Shown here: positions 10,089 to 20,338 of the stretch, one piece after another
Position numbering within the stretch: the stretch's first letter is position 1
Layout of the letters: each line of letters starts with the position of its first letter
Source: an uncultured Methanosarcinales archaeon
GTDB lineage: Archaea > Nanobdellota > Nanobdellia > Woesearchaeales > CAZYIM01
Direction: 5' to 3'
NCBI GenBank assembly: GCA_964647565.1
Contig: CAZYIM010000014.1
Span: 1 to 59,641 of the forward strand
Length of the DNA: 59,641 nucleotides
Notes under the pieces: model-generated
Seen by the model: the letters and a program-made list of their open reading frames with translations, nothing else
Database searches by the model: none
What the model was told of the DNA's origin: nothing
Translations under genes and position numbers: made by a program

Positions 10089-10777
10089 CTGAAATCATAG
10101 AGAATCGTGAAAGTGGGAAAATTAAGAAGAGAGCCAAACCAGTCATAGTTGATCCTCTCGATGGTTATGGACATAAAATATTAGACTTTGGACGGAATGC
10201 AGATATAATTGGAGCCAGAGTCATAAGAAGGGGATCTGCACTGGGCGTTGATTCCATCATTGAAAATCCCTTTATTAGGGAGCTGGTAAAAAATGACACA
10301 AGCACTGTTTCAATAGGCGATCTTACAACAGCTCTTTTCTATGGAAGCCAGTACGTACGGGAGACTCACAGGGATAAGGAAGTAGTCACATACACCATTG
10401 CTTCTGCAACAAATCTCCCTAATGTTAAGATAGCCGTCTTGACAGTTCCATCCCTGCAACGCATGGAAATAAGGATGCCTGGAGACAAGCAAGATTCAGT
10501 TGTTTATCTCTGCAATACCCTGAAATTAAATGAAGAAGATTTCAACCTCGGAATTGTTATCAAGGACAAGCCAACAGAAGGAAAAAAGAAGAAATACTAT
10601 TCAGAAGGCCTGATCATCCCGATGGTCCATAATCAGAGAAGAAACAATTACAAATTCATCAACTATGAGACTAAAAATAATACTACACACTTTAAACACA
10701 ATGACGGATTTACAAGTTTTATTGAATTGAGAGATGGAGTTGTCAAGTTCTTGAATAACTACGGGGGCAGGTCATGA
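10085..10777 (+). CDS. Array paralog 14 (230 aa)
   Basis: Leader ESGKIKKR; core FNLGIVIKDK..GLIIPM. Confidence 0.88.
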   Translation: MTEIIENRESGKIKKRAKPVIVDPLDGYGHKILDFGRNADIIGARVIRRGSALGVDSIIENPFIRELVKNDTSTVSIGDLTTALFYGSQYVRETHRDKEVVTYTIASATNLPNVKIAVLTVPSLQRMEIRMPGDKQDSVVYLCNTLKLNEEDFNLGIVIKDKPTEGKKKKYYSEGLIIPMVHNQRRNNYKFINYETKNNTTHFKHNDGFTSFIELRDGVVKFLNNYGGRS

Positions 10778-11580
10778 CAAAACTAATCAAAGCAGGAAAA
10801 GGCAGAAAGCCTCGAAGGATATCTAAATGGAGTTGTTTTGATCCGAAAGATAAAATAGCTCAAATAATGGACAACCTGACTGCTGAAGAAAAACAGATCA
10901 GTGGTGATGGCGGATTCTTAAAGCCTATTGCTGAAAATGATCTTTTGACCACTATTGTCAAGAAAATCCAGACGGAGGGGGATACTTATGAATCTGAAGG
11001 ACAGCAGTTCAAGCACTTGGAAATGTGGTCTCCAAGCAAAAGGGAAGATTCTGGGAAAATCTATCATCTCTGGAAAACTGCGCTTAGTTTATTCAAGAAT
11101 GCGAAACATTACTGCTATGGATATGATAAGATGGATAACTATTGCATGATCGAGGTTCCTGGAAAGAGTTATGTTGAGTTTGCAAAACTTTCTGTCCCCC
11201 ATGACCCTGTAGAGGGAAAAAAACTACCTAAGAATCACCCTGCAATCAATATGATGAGTAGTTGGCTTGCCCTTACAGCGCCTAGATACTTTGGCCTGAG
11301 TATACTGATGAAAGATAAAACTCCTGCAGGTCAGACTTCAGAATACAGGGAAGGTTTTTTCCTTCCACTTTTTCAAAATGATCCGAGAATTCCCGAGCGA
11401 TATCGCAATTCTGAAATTCCAGAGAAATACAGGAATGAATTTGGCCATATTTACCTGGTCAGGAGCACGCCCAAGAAGAACATGTTCAAGTATTATACTC
11501 ATGCAGATTCAAAACAAGGTTTAGAGGCACAACTAGACGCTGCAATCAATCTATATTCAATGGGGAAGAGGGTTACATGA
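10774..11580 (+). CDS. Array paralog 15 (268 aa)
   Basis: Leader AGKGRKPRR; core GFFLPLFQNDPRIP..GHIY. Confidence 0.9.
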   Translation: MTKLIKAGKGRKPRRISKWSCFDPKDKIAQIMDNLTAEEKQISGDGGFLKPIAENDLLTTIVKKIQTEGDTYESEGQQFKHLEMWSPSKREDSGKIYHLWKTALSLFKNAKHYCYGYDKMDNYCMIEVPGKSYVEFAKLSVPHDPVEGKKLPKNHPAINMMSSWLALTAPRYFGLSILMKDKTPAGQTSEYREGFFLPLFQNDPRIPERYRNSEIPEKYRNEFGHIYLVRSTPKKNMFKYYTHADSKQGLEAQLDAAINLYSMGKRVT

Positions 11581-12284
11581 AAACTAAAATAATAGATAAG
11601 CCGGAGAGCGGCAAGAAGCCGCGAAGGAAAAAGAAGTTCAAGTTTCCTTTAGATGATAGAATACTTTCAGGTTATCCGGATGGTATCATCAATCCATTCA
11701 CACAGGCAGAGCTATATGACAATATCAGGAAGGCGATTGAAAAACAGGGCGAAAAGTTCCAAAAGAATTCTATCATGGAGATAAAACATCTCAAAGGACT
11801 GGCTAAAGGATACTTTTCTGTATTTGAACTCTGGCATACAGTAAACAACTATTTTCTAGGTGCAAAATACATAAGAGTGATAGGTGCAGAGACAGTAAAC
11901 TATTACCTGACTTCTCCAAGATATACCGATATGGGATTGGCAAAACTCACAGTGCCTAAACCCAAAACTCCCAAGGTTACAAAATACTATGGTTCTAAGA
12001 TTGTTATGGATATTGATTCTTATCCTGAGTGTTTCAATCTCAGCATCCTGATAGACAAGATGTATAAGCGTGGAAGAGAGAAGAAAACCCAGGGATTCAT
12101 CCTTCCATTATCAATAAATGACAAGCGGATTCCTTCAGAAAATAATCTTTGCTTCGGACATATATTCCGGGCCGAGCTAAAACCCGCAACTAGAGTCTTG
12201 TACAGTTCAGGTTCAAAATCAAAGAAAAAATACTTTTCGAAGATAGATCGTGATGTCTTTGGAAAGGTGATTGTTTATATGTAA
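11577..12284 (+). CDS. Array paralog 16 (235 aa)
   Basis: Leader PESGKKPRR; core GFILPLSINDKRIP..GHIF; close to 17. Confidence 0.9.
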   Translation: MKTKIIDKPESGKKPRRKKKFKFPLDDRILSGYPDGIINPFTQAELYDNIRKAIEKQGEKFQKNSIMEIKHLKGLAKGYFSVFELWHTVNNYFLGAKYIRVIGAETVNYYLTSPRYTDMGLAKLTVPKPKTPKVTKYYGSKIVMDIDSYPECFNLSILIDKMYKRGREKKTQGFILPLSINDKRIPSENNLCFGHIFRAELKPATRVLYSSGSKSKKKYFSKIDRDVFGKVIVYM

Positions 12285-12285
12285 A

Positions 12286-13014
12286 ATGAAAACTGAAATA
12301 ATACATGCAGGAAAAGGCAAAAAGCCGCGAAGAAAGCAGAAATTCAAGTTTCCTTTAGATGACAGATTGTTATCAGGTTATCCAGATGGTATCATCAATC
12401 CATTTACACAAAAAGAACTCTTTGAAAATATTTGTAAGAAGATAGATCAAGAAGGTAAAGAGTTTAGCAAGGACACAATAGAGGAGATAAAATATCTCAA
12501 AGAATTCGATAAAAATATTCATGCCCTGTTTGGGGTCTGGAAGGTGGCTAATAATTATTTCAAAGGTGCCAAATGTTTGCGCGTCAAAGGTGCAGAGACA
12601 ATCAACTATTACATAAATGCTCATCCGAGATTTAGCACTTTAAAGCTTGCTAAACTTACAGTGCCTAAACCTGAACATCCCAATGTTCGACGAATTTATG
12701 ATCATAATACTTATTTTAAAATTATGGACACTCCTGACTGCTTTAATCTCAGCATCCTGATTGATAAGATGCAAACCCTGCCGAATGATATGTATTCTTA
12801 CAGGACCCATGGATATATCCTTCCCTTGTCAATTTATGATTCAAGAATTCCTAAAGACGATCCAGACAAAACAAAAAATTACTTTGGACATCTGTTCAAA
12901 GTCGAACTCGGTCCTAAACCCTATGTAGGATACCATTCAGGATATGAATCTAAGAAAGAATACCTGGAAAAGATAGACTATGAAGTCTTTGGATTAGTAA
13001 AAATTTATATGTAA
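12286..13014 (+). CDS. Array paralog 17 (242 aa)
   Basis: Start moved to MKTEIIHAGKGKKPRR at 12286; shares KFKFPLDDRxLSGYPDGIINPFTQ with 16. Confidence 0.9.
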   Translation: MKTEIIHAGKGKKPRRKQKFKFPLDDRLLSGYPDGIINPFTQKELFENICKKIDQEGKEFSKDTIEEIKYLKEFDKNIHALFGVWKVANNYFKGAKCLRVKGAETINYYINAHPRFSTLKLAKLTVPKPEHPNVRRIYDHNTYFKIMDTPDCFNLSILIDKMQTLPNDMYSYRTHGYILPLSIYDSRIPKDDPDKTKNYFGHLFKVELGPKPYVGYHSGYESKKEYLEKIDYEVFGLVKIYM

Positions 13015-13015
13015 C

Positions 13016-13750
13016 ATGAAAGACGTAATTTACGAACCGGAAAGTGGAAAGAAGCCTCGAAGGCGTAAGAAGTGGAGTTTGAGTGATAAAGATAAAGAGA
13101 ATTCTGGCCATCCTGGAGGCATCTTAGATCCAAATAATCAAAAGGAACTTATAGACGACTTCTATGAGGTTGCAGATACTAGTGGTAAAACCTTCGACCA
13201 GAATTCATTAAAGGAGAAGAAATTCCTTAACAAGCTTCTCAAAGAGAATGACTTCCTGGTAGATTTGGGTCGAATCACAGAGAAGTTATTCACTAATTCT
13301 AAGTTCGGTCGAATTCAAGGAGAACAGGTCACTAATTATTATTTTATCTATGTGAAAAACATTTCAAGTGTTGAACTTGCCAAACTGACAGTGCCAAAAC
13401 CCTTATCTGAAGATAAAGGCAGGAACAGTTATAAAAAAGATGCCCAAAGAGCAATCCAGGTCATAAAGCTCAATCCTGAATATTTCAATCTTTTCATACT
13501 GACAGGTGCGGAATATTACCCTTCTGAGAATACCGACAAGTATGAATTCGGATATATGGTTCCACTGTTTGTTCCTGAACCAAATTCTCGCTATCTGGCA
13601 CCTCAAAGAATGAATGCAAAAAAGAAGATCCATCTTGTTAGTGTTAACTACCAGAATAACAATGAACTTAGTTGTTCGAAAGTTGTATCCACTGAAAAAG
13701 AACTGATACCTAGAATAATAGAAAAAGTGACGGGATTGGAGAGTTATTAA
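13016..13750 (+). CDS. Array paralog 18 (244 aa)
   Basis: Leader PESGKKPRR; shares LAKLTVPKP with 16 and 17. Confidence 0.9.
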   Translation: MKDVIYEPESGKKPRRRKKWSLSDKDKENSGHPGGILDPNNQKELIDDFYEVADTSGKTFDQNSLKEKKFLNKLLKENDFLVDLGRITEKLFTNSKFGRIQGEQVTNYYFIYVKNISSVELAKLTVPKPLSEDKGRNSYKKDAQRAIQVIKLNPEYFNLFILTGAEYYPSENTDKYEFGYMVPLFVPEPNSRYLAPQRMNAKKKIHLVSVNYQNNNELSCSKVVSTEKELIPRIIEKVTGLESY

Positions 13751-13758
13751 CATACAAA

Positions 13759-14535
13759 ATGACTAATATAATCTACAAACCAGAAAGTGGAAAGATAAAG
13801 AAAAAGCGAAAGCTCTGGAGAGTGCCAGAGTCTGCTTATACTAAGTTTGACAGCCAGCAGTTGGATATTGGCCACTCTATTGAGGGATATCTTGATCCAT
13901 ATAACAATAAGACAGATATTAATTACATCCATAATCGGATTGGAGGTTATCACAATCCACTTGAGCATGGTTCCCTGCCAGATATTTTCCTTGAGAGAAC
14001 CCCTGGCGGCGAACTAATATCAATCAACCAGATGATGGAGAAACTTTTTAGGAATGGTCAATACTTTTCAGGGCAGTCGATAGCAACCTTCCAAAGATAT
14101 AACATCTGTGTAATACCAAAATATCCAGAGATAGATCTTGTCAGGCTGACAATTCCGGTCGCAACCGAGAAAGGGGAACTTCCTGTTCTGAATAAAATAG
14201 ATATTATTGATGAGTGGTTCGCTAAAACCAAACGTTCAAGTCCGAATGAATACACTCTCTACATCCTTTTCAAGCAATTGATAAACACAGCAGGTACCAA
14301 CGCTATCTTAGTTCCTTTGACAGGTATAGATACTAGAATCCCGCGTTTTACTAAAAACCATGCTTACGGAAACATATTCACGCTCCACTTTTCAAGTCCA
14401 AATGTGGAACAACCCAGGCCTCTTCCCAGGGCCAGCTACCGGCATACTAATGCCTTAAGGTTTGCAGACTCTCTGGAAGAGGCCCTAAAGGTTGTAATAA
14501 GGCAATTTGAGAAAAGAAATCAAGATCCAAGATGA
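13759..14535 (+). CDS. Array paralog 19 (258 aa)
   Basis: Leader PESGKIKKKR; core LYILFK..VPLTGIDTRIP. Confidence 0.9.
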   Translation: MTNIIYKPESGKIKKKRKLWRVPESAYTKFDSQQLDIGHSIEGYLDPYNNKTDINYIHNRIGGYHNPLEHGSLPDIFLERTPGGELISINQMMEKLFRNGQYFSGQSIATFQRYNICVIPKYPEIDLVRLTIPVATEKGELPVLNKIDIIDEWFAKTKRSSPNEYTLYILFKQLINTAGTNAILVPLTGIDTRIPRFTKNHAYGNIFTLHFSSPNVEQPRPLPRASYRHTNALRFADSLEEALKVVIRQFEKRNQDPR

Positions 14536-15461
14536 GGAGGAAAAAAATGACTGAAAATATAATATACAGATTAGAAGGACAATATCCTATCCATCATACA
14601 ACGATAAGCCAGGATAATATTGGTTCATGGCGGCTAGTCGATAAAGATATTATCGAACCCATCCCTAGTAGGGAATCAAATGAGGGGGCTGAAGCTTCAC
14701 AAGTCATAAAAAATGATGAACCTGGCAGAAAGCCGCGCAGAATAGAGAAGATAAAATTGTTCGTCAGCAAGGAGGATCATTCTCCTGAGAACTATATGCT
14801 CATTGAACCTAAAAAAACCCTTGATGAAGGATTATTAAAGTGCTTTTCCAGTGTTTATGCAAAACAGGTTTTAGAACGAGTAAACAAAGGAGATAACTTA
14901 TCTCTTCAAGATCAAGAGGCGAACTGGAATAATCTCCAGGGATTTCATTCTGATTTAATCCAGATAAATGAGTTACATAAAAAAATATTCGATTCGTATC
15001 CACCATTTATAAAAATTGAAAATACTGGTTATACTGAGTATTATACCCGATATCCTACGAAGAAGGGCAAAAGGTGTCTTCTAAGATACAAATTTCCAAT
15101 TTTGGAAAAAAATTTTTCTGGAGAACCACAAGAAAAAATAGATGAATATCTAAAAACATTAAAAGTGTCTGACTATGATTTGACAGCAATATTATTCGAT
15201 GAAAACAACAACGACTCAAAGAGAGCATTGGTTGTCCCGATGTTCAAGAAAGATAAGAGAATACCTTATGAATGGCGAGATAAGGCAGGCGTGATCCTTG
15301 TGATGAACCTTGATCAGACGCAGAATATTGTATACAAATGTCATGGGATCTATAACGGGTTGGAAGATATAATGAGCAAAGGAGGTTTTAAGACGAAGGA
15401 GTTGGGTCTTATCTCTGGCATGAAAAAAGCCCTGAAAACACAGGAGTATTACAAACCATAA
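14532..15461 (+). CDS. Array paralog 20 (309 aa, long N-terminal extension)
   Basis: ATGA overlap at 14532 (alternative ATG at 14547 after GAGGAGG); leader EPGRKPRR near residue 63; core VVPMFKKDKRIP. Confidence 0.88.
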   Translation: MRRKKMTENIIYRLEGQYPIHHTTISQDNIGSWRLVDKDIIEPIPSRESNEGAEASQVIKNDEPGRKPRRIEKIKLFVSKEDHSPENYMLIEPKKTLDEGLLKCFSSVYAKQVLERVNKGDNLSLQDQEANWNNLQGFHSDLIQINELHKKIFDSYPPFIKIENTGYTEYYTRYPTKKGKRCLLRYKFPILEKNFSGEPQEKIDEYLKTLKVSDYDLTAILFDENNNDSKRALVVPMFKKDKRIPYEWRDKAGVILVMNLDQTQNIVYKCHGIYNGLEDIMSKGGFKTKELGLISGMKKALKTQEYYKP

Positions 15462-15463
15462 AA

Positions 15464-16333
15464 ATGAACAATAACTATAGTGTGGACGAATTATTTAGAG
15501 GGAAGGTAGTAGATACTGATGTAATCAAGAATCTAGAGTATAAACCCTGGATCAGAAAGAATGAGGGCTCTGGCAAGAAGAAAAAACAGCCAAAGAAAAG
15601 AATATCTTCAGATGGCAAGGTTAATCTCGGACTTTTCCTGACAGAATTAAAATACAAGCCCAAGGGTATGCTGGATCCGATTATAGATGAAGAGAGATTA
15701 AATGGGATCTTAGAGGATATAGGAATATATGATGAGACATTCAAGAAGGATTCAGTAAAAGAAAAGACATTCCTTGAAAACCATTTAAAGAACGGGCCTG
15801 ATTATGTCCATAAAGAGTACGTACCTATCTATCTTATAGCAGAACAGTTGTTCAAGAAAGGAAAATTTCTTTCAGATAAAAAAGAAGTGATCACTGAATA
15901 CTATATCTCTAATATCCCTTCCTGGCCCCAAATAGAATTGGTCTGGATACGATTGCCAATGTTTAAACAGGCTCATGAAAATCTTAAATATTTTGCAACA
16001 GATAATGACTATAAAAATGCTGTAGGAAGAATGCGTCATTGGCAAAACACTCTAGGCCTTAATATAATCCTAAAAGACAAATCAGGAGACAACTCGTTTA
16101 GGAGATCGCTTTACGTTCCTATGACACATAGTGATTCAAAGATGAATCCAGACACAATCAATCACAGATGCCACCTATTTCACATGTCACATTTCAAGAA
16201 ACCAAACAAGACCGAAGTCAGGTATTATGATATCTGTAATGATATCAAAACTTTGACCAATAGCATAAAAGAAGCAATATACGAATTCGCAGGAGGCGGA
16301 CCAAAAGATGATATACTTGGACCAGCAAGGTAG
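15464..16333 (+). CDS. Array paralog 21 (289 aa)
   Basis: Extension then EGSGKKKK; core LNIILKDK..LYVPMTHSDSKM..HLF. Confidence 0.9.
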   Translation: MNNNYSVDELFRGKVVDTDVIKNLEYKPWIRKNEGSGKKKKQPKKRISSDGKVNLGLFLTELKYKPKGMLDPIIDEERLNGILEDIGIYDETFKKDSVKEKTFLENHLKNGPDYVHKEYVPIYLIAEQLFKKGKFLSDKKEVITEYYISNIPSWPQIELVWIRLPMFKQAHENLKYFATDNDYKNAVGRMRHWQNTLGLNIILKDKSGDNSFRRSLYVPMTHSDSKMNPDTINHRCHLFHMSHFKKPNKTEVRYYDICNDIKTLTNSIKEAIYEFAGGGPKDDILGPAR

Positions 16334-17114
16334 GATAATTGAAGCAGGCAAAGGCAGAAAGCCAAGAAGAAAGATGAAACCAGACCTGTTTGCAACATTT
16401 CCAGGCAAATTCGGAGCTACAGCTATAAAGAAAGATCATTATAAGAATGGAATATATTGGACTGGCGTGTTGGATCCTTTCAGGGACAATAAGAAAATCG
16501 AGAAGATCCACAAGACTCTTGGAACTAAATGGAAAGTATGGCAAAAAGGGACCTTAAAAGATAACTTCATATTGACTGAACAAAAAAGGAATACATCCCG
16601 GCTCCGTAAGCTTTCAGAGATAACCAATGATTTATTTAAAGGCGCCAGATATTATAAGAAGAAAGAATCAAGAAAGAATATCCAGGTAATGGACTGGAAC
16701 TTCAGCGGCCTACAACATTATTATGTTTCACAAATACCTCTAATGCCCAATGTTGAGTATGCGCATCTCAGTATTCCGGACTACAATTATAAGATTATTC
16801 TCAATTCAAAAACAGAATCTCCTGTAAATGGAGATGAACTGATCAATGACACAGAACTCTTGCTCTACATGTTGTTTGAACCTGAACCCAAAATTGGAGC
16901 CAGATGGGGTATGGTGGTTCCTCTGACTTATCATGACTTTCGGATAAAAAGGACGGAAGAAAATGATAATATTGGTTCCTTTTTCATCATCAGATACCTT
17001 ACAGACATGACAGATGTTACCCAATACAACATGTCCGAGTTCACAGACAGTTTCTCAAAAGGCATCAAGACCGCCTATAATGCATATGTAAGACATTATG
17101 GAGGTGGGAAATGA
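16308..17114 (+). CDS. Array paralog 22 (268 aa)
   Basis: Leader EAGKGRKPRR; core VVPLTYHDFRI; ends YGGGK. Confidence 0.88.
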   Translation: MIYLDQQGRIIEAGKGRKPRRKMKPDLFATFPGKFGATAIKKDHYKNGIYWTGVLDPFRDNKKIEKIHKTLGTKWKVWQKGTLKDNFILTEQKRNTSRLRKLSEITNDLFKGARYYKKKESRKNIQVMDWNFSGLQHYYVSQIPLMPNVEYAHLSIPDYNYKIILNSKTESPVNGDELINDTELLLYMLFEPEPKIGARWGMVVPLTYHDFRIKRTEENDNIGSFFIIRYLTDMTDVTQYNMSEFTDSFSKGIKTAYNAYVRHYGGGK

Positions 17115-17905
17115 TGGGTATTGTCAGACAAATAAGTAGTAAGTGGATTATGAAAGATGGAATCAAGGTCAATGAGAGCAGCGGAAGGAAGCCCCGCAGA
17201 TGGCCTAAGCCCAGATATTCATCAGACGGCAAGCATGATCTGGCTGAATTTGGCATCAAAGAGATTGATATAGACTTTATACACTATGCTAAATCTCAAC
17301 AACTTGATAAAACTGAAATAGTCCAGCGTTGGTTGCAAACGGTTGGAAAAAAGAACATGCGTGAGCTGGTCGATCATGATAAAATGCTGGCGGTCTTTTT
17401 CAAGGATCATCTTTCTTATCCTCGACTGGGAAAGCTCTGCATTAACCTATTCAAGAACGCAACAGTGTCATCCGCTTATACAGATAGGAAAGACAAGATG
17501 ACCTATTGGTTTACAGACATTCCACAATTTCCACAGATAGATCTTGCAATACTACAACTGCCAAGCGCAGGCATAAAATTAAAGGATCAGCCCTATAACT
17601 ATCTCGATCAATATCAAAAAACAGTACGGACTCTTGCATACAGGCCATCTGAATTCTTCCTTAACATCACTTTTGACAATAGTTATGATTATTATAAGAG
17701 AAGAAAGGCCATAATGATCCCTTATTGGTATCATCATCCATGGATGCCGAGCGATGGTAAAACATATCATGCGCGCGTGTTCGCAGCAGAGCATGATTTT
17801 CATCCAGAAATGACCCAATACAGGCATTTTGACATTGTCGAATCCTACGAGAGCCTTGAAAATAGTGTTAAAAAATCAATAGAGATGCATGGAGGTGGGA
17901 AATGA
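17111..17905 (+). CDS. Array paralog 23 (264 aa)
   Basis: GGAGGTG RBS; leader ESSGRKPRR; IPQFPQIDLA motif. Confidence 0.9.
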   Translation: MMGIVRQISSKWIMKDGIKVNESSGRKPRRWPKPRYSSDGKHDLAEFGIKEIDIDFIHYAKSQQLDKTEIVQRWLQTVGKKNMRELVDHDKMLAVFFKDHLSYPRLGKLCINLFKNATVSSAYTDRKDKMTYWFTDIPQFPQIDLAILQLPSAGIKLKDQPYNYLDQYQKTVRTLAYRPSEFFLNITFDNSYDYYKRRKAIMIPYWYHHPWMPSDGKTYHARVFAAEHDFHPEMTQYRHFDIVESYESLENSVKKSIEMHGGGK

Positions 17906-18834
17906 TGGTAAGAAATGGACCGCCTCCTAAGAATGTTATCAAGCCGGACCCTTCGCCAGCACCGCCTCCAGTGAGAACAGGTATAATTATACCTGATAGT
18001 GAAAAGAAAAATCCTGAAGAACCAATCGAGGCGGGGAAGGGAAAGAAAGAGCGAAGAAAGAAGCGGACACTTCCAAAGATACCTAATTATGGAGGTGGCT
18101 ATAGTCATGAAGAATATGCAGTACATGTAAATCCTTTGATTCACTGTTTTGGTGGAAAAGAGATGCTGAAATATGAACTTATAAAAAAGATTGAGCAAAA
18201 AGGGAAGATTTTCCATGAGGATTCAATACGAGAAGAAATTAAATTACTAAAGCCTGATGGGGAAACTGAAAACTTGAGTGATATCATCTATGCTCTTTTC
18301 CCTAATTCAAAATATATTTTCTACAAAAGGAAGAACTTTATGGCAAACAATAGACCGCAATCATTTGGCGAGTTCTTAGGGCGACGGAAAGACTCAATCA
18401 CTCCTGTTTGCTATACTTTAATGCCTCAAGAAGAAGATTCTAGTGTGGAATTAGTGGATATTACCATTCCTAAGGACTTTGATAATAATCCAATCAACGA
18501 TCCTGAAATCAAGAAAAGCTATTTCACTAACAGGGGCTTTAGGCCCAACACATTTGCCATTGAGATATTGTTCAAGGATACGTCCTATCCTGCAAAACGG
18601 GGCATAGTAATCCCATTGACCGTAACAGAGCGCAGGATTCCTGAAAAAGAACAAAGCAAAGTAGGACATCTGTTGGATGTCGAATATGGGGGACAACAGG
18701 CTATAGATTATCCTGAATATCCAGTGGGCTCTTGCCACTACTATATCTTCGATTACGCTAACACATGGGCCAAGGGAATAGAGATCGCCATTAAGGAAAA
18801 AAGAGTTTACCGTGATCAGGGGAGGGAGACATGA
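17902..18834 (+). CDS. Array paralog 24 (310 aa, Pro-rich N-terminus)
   Basis: GGAGGTG RBS; PDPSPAPPP extension; leader EAGKGKK; related to 27 and 28. Confidence 0.9.
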   Translation: MMVRNGPPPKNVIKPDPSPAPPPVRTGIIIPDSEKKNPEEPIEAGKGKKERRKKRTLPKIPNYGGGYSHEEYAVHVNPLIHCFGGKEMLKYELIKKIEQKGKIFHEDSIREEIKLLKPDGETENLSDIIYALFPNSKYIFYKRKNFMANNRPQSFGEFLGRRKDSITPVCYTLMPQEEDSSVELVDITIPKDFDNNPINDPEIKKSYFTNRGFRPNTFAIEILFKDTSYPAKRGIVIPLTVTERRIPEKEQSKVGHLLDVEYGGQQAIDYPEYPVGSCHYYIFDYANTWAKGIEIAIKEKRVYRDQGRET

Positions 18835-19565
18835 AAGATATAATACCGGCAGGAAGCGGGAAGAAGAAAAAGATAAGGAAAGAAGTTATGATACCTAGCA
18901 AAGCATATCAGGGAGGTATCAAAGGATTCTCTGACAGCTTTTTTATTCTTCATCCTCATACAGAATCTAAAAAAATAGCCAAGCTTTTAGAAAAGATAAG
19001 AGCAGATGGCGAAAAACTGAAAAGAAACGGCATGGTCTATAAGCGAGAACTTTATCTGCAACAGCCAAAACCAGATAGATCTCTTGTCTGTATCAATGAA
19101 CTTGTGGAGAACCTGTTTTCAGGTGGGAAATTCATTGCTAAATCTTCGAAGAAACAGTTTCAATATTCTATCTGTGATATTCCTCGATATCCTTTGGTAG
19201 ATCTGGTGCAATTGACCCTGCCACCCGAACGTACGAGTTTGGGGCCAGTAGTTGATATTCGATTATTTGATAGAGTATATTATAATAAGATAGATGTGGA
19301 GCCTGATAATCTGATGTTATATGTTCTTTTCAAGTCAAAGAACAATACCAAAAATGCTGTCTGTGTGCCCTTGACAATTTGCGATTTTAGAATTCCAAAG
19401 AGTATGCATGGCAAATACGGCCATATGTTCTCAGCTGAATTTATGGGCTTGGGTGTTACATATCGATATTTCAATGCCTTTGATTTTGCAGATTCAGTTG
19501 AAAAAGGCCTTAAGGTCGCTATTTGGGAGCATGAATGGAACTACAGAGGAGGAAAATTCGCATGA
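18831..19565 (+). CDS. Array paralog 25 (244 aa)
   Basis: Leader PAGSGKKKK; core VPLTICDFRIP..GHMF. Confidence 0.9.
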   Translation: MKDIIPAGSGKKKKIRKEVMIPSKAYQGGIKGFSDSFFILHPHTESKKIAKLLEKIRADGEKLKRNGMVYKRELYLQQPKPDRSLVCINELVENLFSGGKFIAKSSKKQFQYSICDIPRYPLVDLVQLTLPPERTSLGPVVDIRLFDRVYYNKIDVEPDNLMLYVLFKSKNNTKNAVCVPLTICDFRIPKSMHGKYGHMFSAEFMGLGVTYRYFNAFDFADSVEKGLKVAIWEHEWNYRGGKFA

Positions 19566-20338
19566 AAGCAATCGAAGCAGGAAGCGGGAAGAAGAAAAAG
19601 ATAAGGAAGCCAAATCTGGGTGAGTTGCTGCCAGTAGAACATGTTATGGCAACTCATATAGAACTAGGGCATATGAATCCCTACAATAGACAGACAGACA
19701 TCGCAGCAATAAAGAATAAAATTGCTGTGAAAGGTGAAATCCTTGATGCCAAAAGCATACAAGAAGACTTCCAGCTTGAGCATCCTTTTGAAGGAAGCAC
19801 AGCAGTGCCTATAAAAAAACTGGTAGGCAATCTGTTTAATGGTGCCAACTACATCCGAAAAAGAGATACAAAACGAATTCCTGGAATCAACTGGCCTTTT
19901 GGCCTAGACGCGCAGGTGACCTATTATATTAAAAATGTGCCTGATAATGAAAAAATAGATTTGGTCATACTGAATCTACCTGCTTTTTTTAATATTCCTT
20001 TTTCCTTGAATAATTCAGGTCTTACAAAGACAGATTTCTGGAACGAGATGAATGCTAAACCAGGCTCATTTACAATGCAGATTCTGTTCAACAACTATTG
20101 GGATGCAGAGAAAACTTATGGTATGTTAATACCCTTGACTGTCTATGATTCAAGACTTGAGAAACCAGCTGATTTACTCTATCCCAGAACTGGCCAGGTT
20201 TTAGGAATCACATATCATGCCAGTGGCTGGATTAAAACTCAGAATTTCAATATCTTAGATCGTGATCGTAGTTGGGCAAAAGGATTGAGAACAGCTATCC
20301 ATGCCTATGAAAAAGAAATTAAAGGTAAAAATGACTAA
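19562..20338 (+). CDS. Array paralog 26 (258 aa)
   Basis: Start moved to ATGA overlap 19562; leader EAGSGKKKK; core LIPLTVYDSRL. Confidence 0.9.
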   Translation: MKAIEAGSGKKKKIRKPNLGELLPVEHVMATHIELGHMNPYNRQTDIAAIKNKIAVKGEILDAKSIQEDFQLEHPFEGSTAVPIKKLVGNLFNGANYIRKRDTKRIPGINWPFGLDAQVTYYIKNVPDNEKIDLVILNLPAFFNIPFSLNNSGLTKTDFWNEMNAKPGSFTMQILFNNYWDAEKTYGMLIPLTVYDSRLEKPADLLYPRTGQVLGITYHASGWIKTQNFNILDRDRSWAKGLRTAIHAYEKEIKGKND

